From: Anthoceros angustus
Lineage: Eukaryota; Plantae; Anthocerotophyta
Assembly (NCBI GenBank): GCA_010909165.1
Contig: MU008160.1
Coordinates: 124,001 to 188,000 of the forward strand
DNA: 64,000 nt
Reading direction: 5' to 3'
In this document: one piece after another, positions 61,445-64,000 of the stretch
Layout: every line of letters begins with the position of its first letter
Numbering within the stretch: position 1 is the stretch's first letter
Program-made: the position numbers and the translations under genes
Notes under the pieces: model-generated
Database searches by the model: none
Told to the model about the DNA's origin: nothing
The model's input: the letters and a program-made list of their open reading frames with translations, nothing else

Positions 61445-63000
61445 TCAGATGTCATTCTGGACAACAGTAGTTTTGATTCTCACATTTCCTGACGATGATC
61501 CTGCTCCAGATTAGGGATTTTAATACCCTTTTCCCGGTGTTTCCACTGGATTCCAACCGGCCTTCATTGACCACAGCCATGATCCGGTGCACCACAATCG
61601 CCCTGCAATCCCTTGCCACTGCTCCAGTTGATACTTTGGAGGAGTCGTAGACCGATGGGGCCAGAGCTCCTACCTCCCAACCGCCCGAGGCTGCTCAACA
61701 GCACCTACATCGCCCTCCAGCCCAGACACTCCCAACTGCTGCTCCGGATCAGCACGCCTCAGGCGCGCGACCACTCCCAGCCGCTTGTCGTGAGGGCGGG
61801 GATGATGTGGCTGCTCGTGCCCGGGCGCGGGCAGATGCCGGAGCGCGCGCCCATCAAGGCATGCGTGCGGATATGGGATTGTGGGCACAGGCGGATGCTA
61901 GAGTGCGCGCGCGTGAAGGAGCATGGGATGATGCCCCTGCACAAGCGGATGATGCCCATGCATGGGCGGATGCCCATCAGCATCTACATGCACTCTATGA
62001 GGCAGGCACACGGGAGTGAACGCAACTGGTGCCTCCCCGCCGTTCTTCCCAATAGGACGCCGTCCTCCCGTTTGCTGGTCACCTGAACCACCAGTATCTC
62101 ATCCTCGTATACGTACATGGGCCATTACAGATATTTTGGCCAATATTGTTGATGGAAATGCAAATACCCCAGATTATCCTAAAGAGCATTTAGTAGATGA
62201 TTTTATTAATGTTGCTATTTCTGATTTTGCTGGCCCCACTTCGGAAATGGCCAGGGCTCTTCATGTCATGCTCTTCTGACGATTGATGGTGAACCGGCTA
62301 CTGGATGGGCCCAATGGTGCAGCATGGAAAGCCGTAATAGAAAGTGAGTATAATTCTTTGCTTAAATATCATACTTGGGATTTAGTCTCACTTCCTCTTG
62401 GTCGTAAACCCATCCTTTGTAAGTGGGTATATAAAACAAAATTAAATGCTGATGGTTCTATCAAACGTTATAAAGCTCGACTTGTTGCTAAGGGTTATAG
62501 CCAGGTAGACGGCGTGGATTATCAACAGTCTTTTTCACCGGTAGTTAAGACCCAATCCTTGAGGGTTCTCTTAGCCTTAGCTGCAGAGTTGAATTTAGAA
62601 ATCTATCAAATGGATGTTTGCACGGCATTTTTATATGGGGAACTTAAGGAGGAAATATATATGCGGCAGCCGAGGGCTATGAAGATGCCAATGTGGAGCT
62701 TGTTTATAAGTTGCTTAAGTGCCTCTATGGTTTAAAACAAAGTGCTCATATATGGTATTATAAATATAATGGTCGCCTTAAATTTATTGCCCTTATTCAA
62801 AGCCATGCTGATAGTAATGTTTACTATCTTCATGATGGCTCTAACTTTATCATTTCAGCCTTATATGTTGATAACGTATGCATGTTTGGTACTAGTATGG
62901 CCCTTATTAAAAGTGTTAAGGATATGTTACGCACTGAATTTGAAATGAAGGATATTGCAGTTCTTCAATGGTGTCTCGTCTTTCAAATTCTCCGTGATCG
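61445..63000 (+). mobile_element. Copia pol fragment (integrase end, linker, RT)
   Basis: SDVILD; WKAVIESEYNSLLKYHTWDLVSLPLGRKPILCKWVYKTK...YKARLVAKGYSQ..MDVCTAFLYGELKEEIYMRQP; CLYGLKQSAHIWY; LYVDN. Confidence 0.92.
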
Positions 63001-63399
63001 CCTGGAAGCGGAGCGCTGCATGCCCAACTTAGAGGTGGTCTTTGATACGACGACTAGATGTATGTGAGCTCGACAACAATGGTCATGTTAGTTTGAAAAT
63101 GGGCTAAATCGGTGTCTTAGGTACTGTGTCCATTTCCGGAAGGGGGTCCCAAAGTACACAAAGAAGGGGGTTTGTTCATTCACCCCCTCCAAAAATTATG
63201 GTGTTAATTCCATAATTACATTATGGAATAGCAAGAGTTCACATATTTATCTAGCACTAGTGCACCGATCACAAAGTGCAAACTGCAACTAGCCATTGAC
63301 CTTGATGGCCTTACTGGAGAGAAAGATGGTACAAACTGGAGAGCAAGATGGTACGTACTGGCTGAAGACGGCCATATGATGCACCCTAGTTGACATTGT

Positions 63400-63760
63400 T
63401 GAGGATGGGGAGCTTGAGCTTGATGGCCAACGCTGAACATTGTAAAGCCTAGCATTTAGAAGTGAGACTTCAGCTAATCAGCCATCCCTAACCGTTGGTG
63501 ATATGGTCACGCAAGTCGGTCTGGCTAGCCCGATACCCGTTACCTCGGTGCACTTTCTGCGATTCTAACATCACGTTCGACTTGGATGCCTTGTGATTGT
63601 TGGAGGTCTTCCACGCCTCTCATCCACGTCCAAGGCATCCACTATGGCCAAAAACTCCCTTTCCAATCCATGCAGAATTTTGCAAAACTCCCTGCACTGG
63701 GTGCCGGTGCACGCTCCTGCCTCCGGTCGAAAAGGCTCTGCATTGGACAATGCAGAGTAC
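63400..63760 (-). repeat. Second copy of the unidentified repeat at 37227-37688
   Basis: Direct sequence similarity. Confidence 0.6.
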
Positions 63761-64000
63761 TTGTAAGCTAGATGGCCACGCCGAATTGCGTATGAACTAG
63801 AACAATTTGCCAAGGGATGTAGCTTAAGCTCAATACATACCCTGGAGTCTTTGTGGTATATATCACAATGCCCAAATATCTGTAAGTGTCAATTGCCAGA
63901 AATGGCAATCCTTAGAACAAGAAGGGTCTCGAATTCTAGTTAGCAGTGTTAATCCTTATTGAGAAGGCTTGTATCTAGAGTCACATAAAAGTAACATTAG

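Overview
Eukaryotic land-plant nuclear DNA; a lycophyte such as Selaginella is inferred from a PLS-type PPR relic, germin-like genes and non-chromovirus Gypsy elements, but is not proven. The left half (1-33.3 kb) is a rearranged tandem array. It holds four intronless germin-like protein (GLP) genes (three open, one frameshifted only in homopolymers), all lacking the third Mn-binding His. Around them lie duplicated pseudogene modules (PPR, CDPK-like kinase, YqgF/RuvX-like), one tRNA-Ala(AGC), Copia relics and a Sola-like transposase whose catalytic core is inverted. The 1-16 kb duplication is a mosaic stitched through at least six 6-11-nt microhomology junctions, and each duplicated unit starts at a G4-type (GGGGAT)n tract. 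The right half (33.5-64 kb) is a nest of LTR retrotransposons: a TSD-flanked, internally deleted Copia, plus a Gypsy family with about 4.2-kb LTRs that each carry a degenerate gene of about 1000 codons (MAPKK...). Two family members sit antisense inside the LTR of a third, which also carries a paralog of that gene downstream of pol. Repeat DNA here is riddled with 1-5-nt indels, which may be consensus error.
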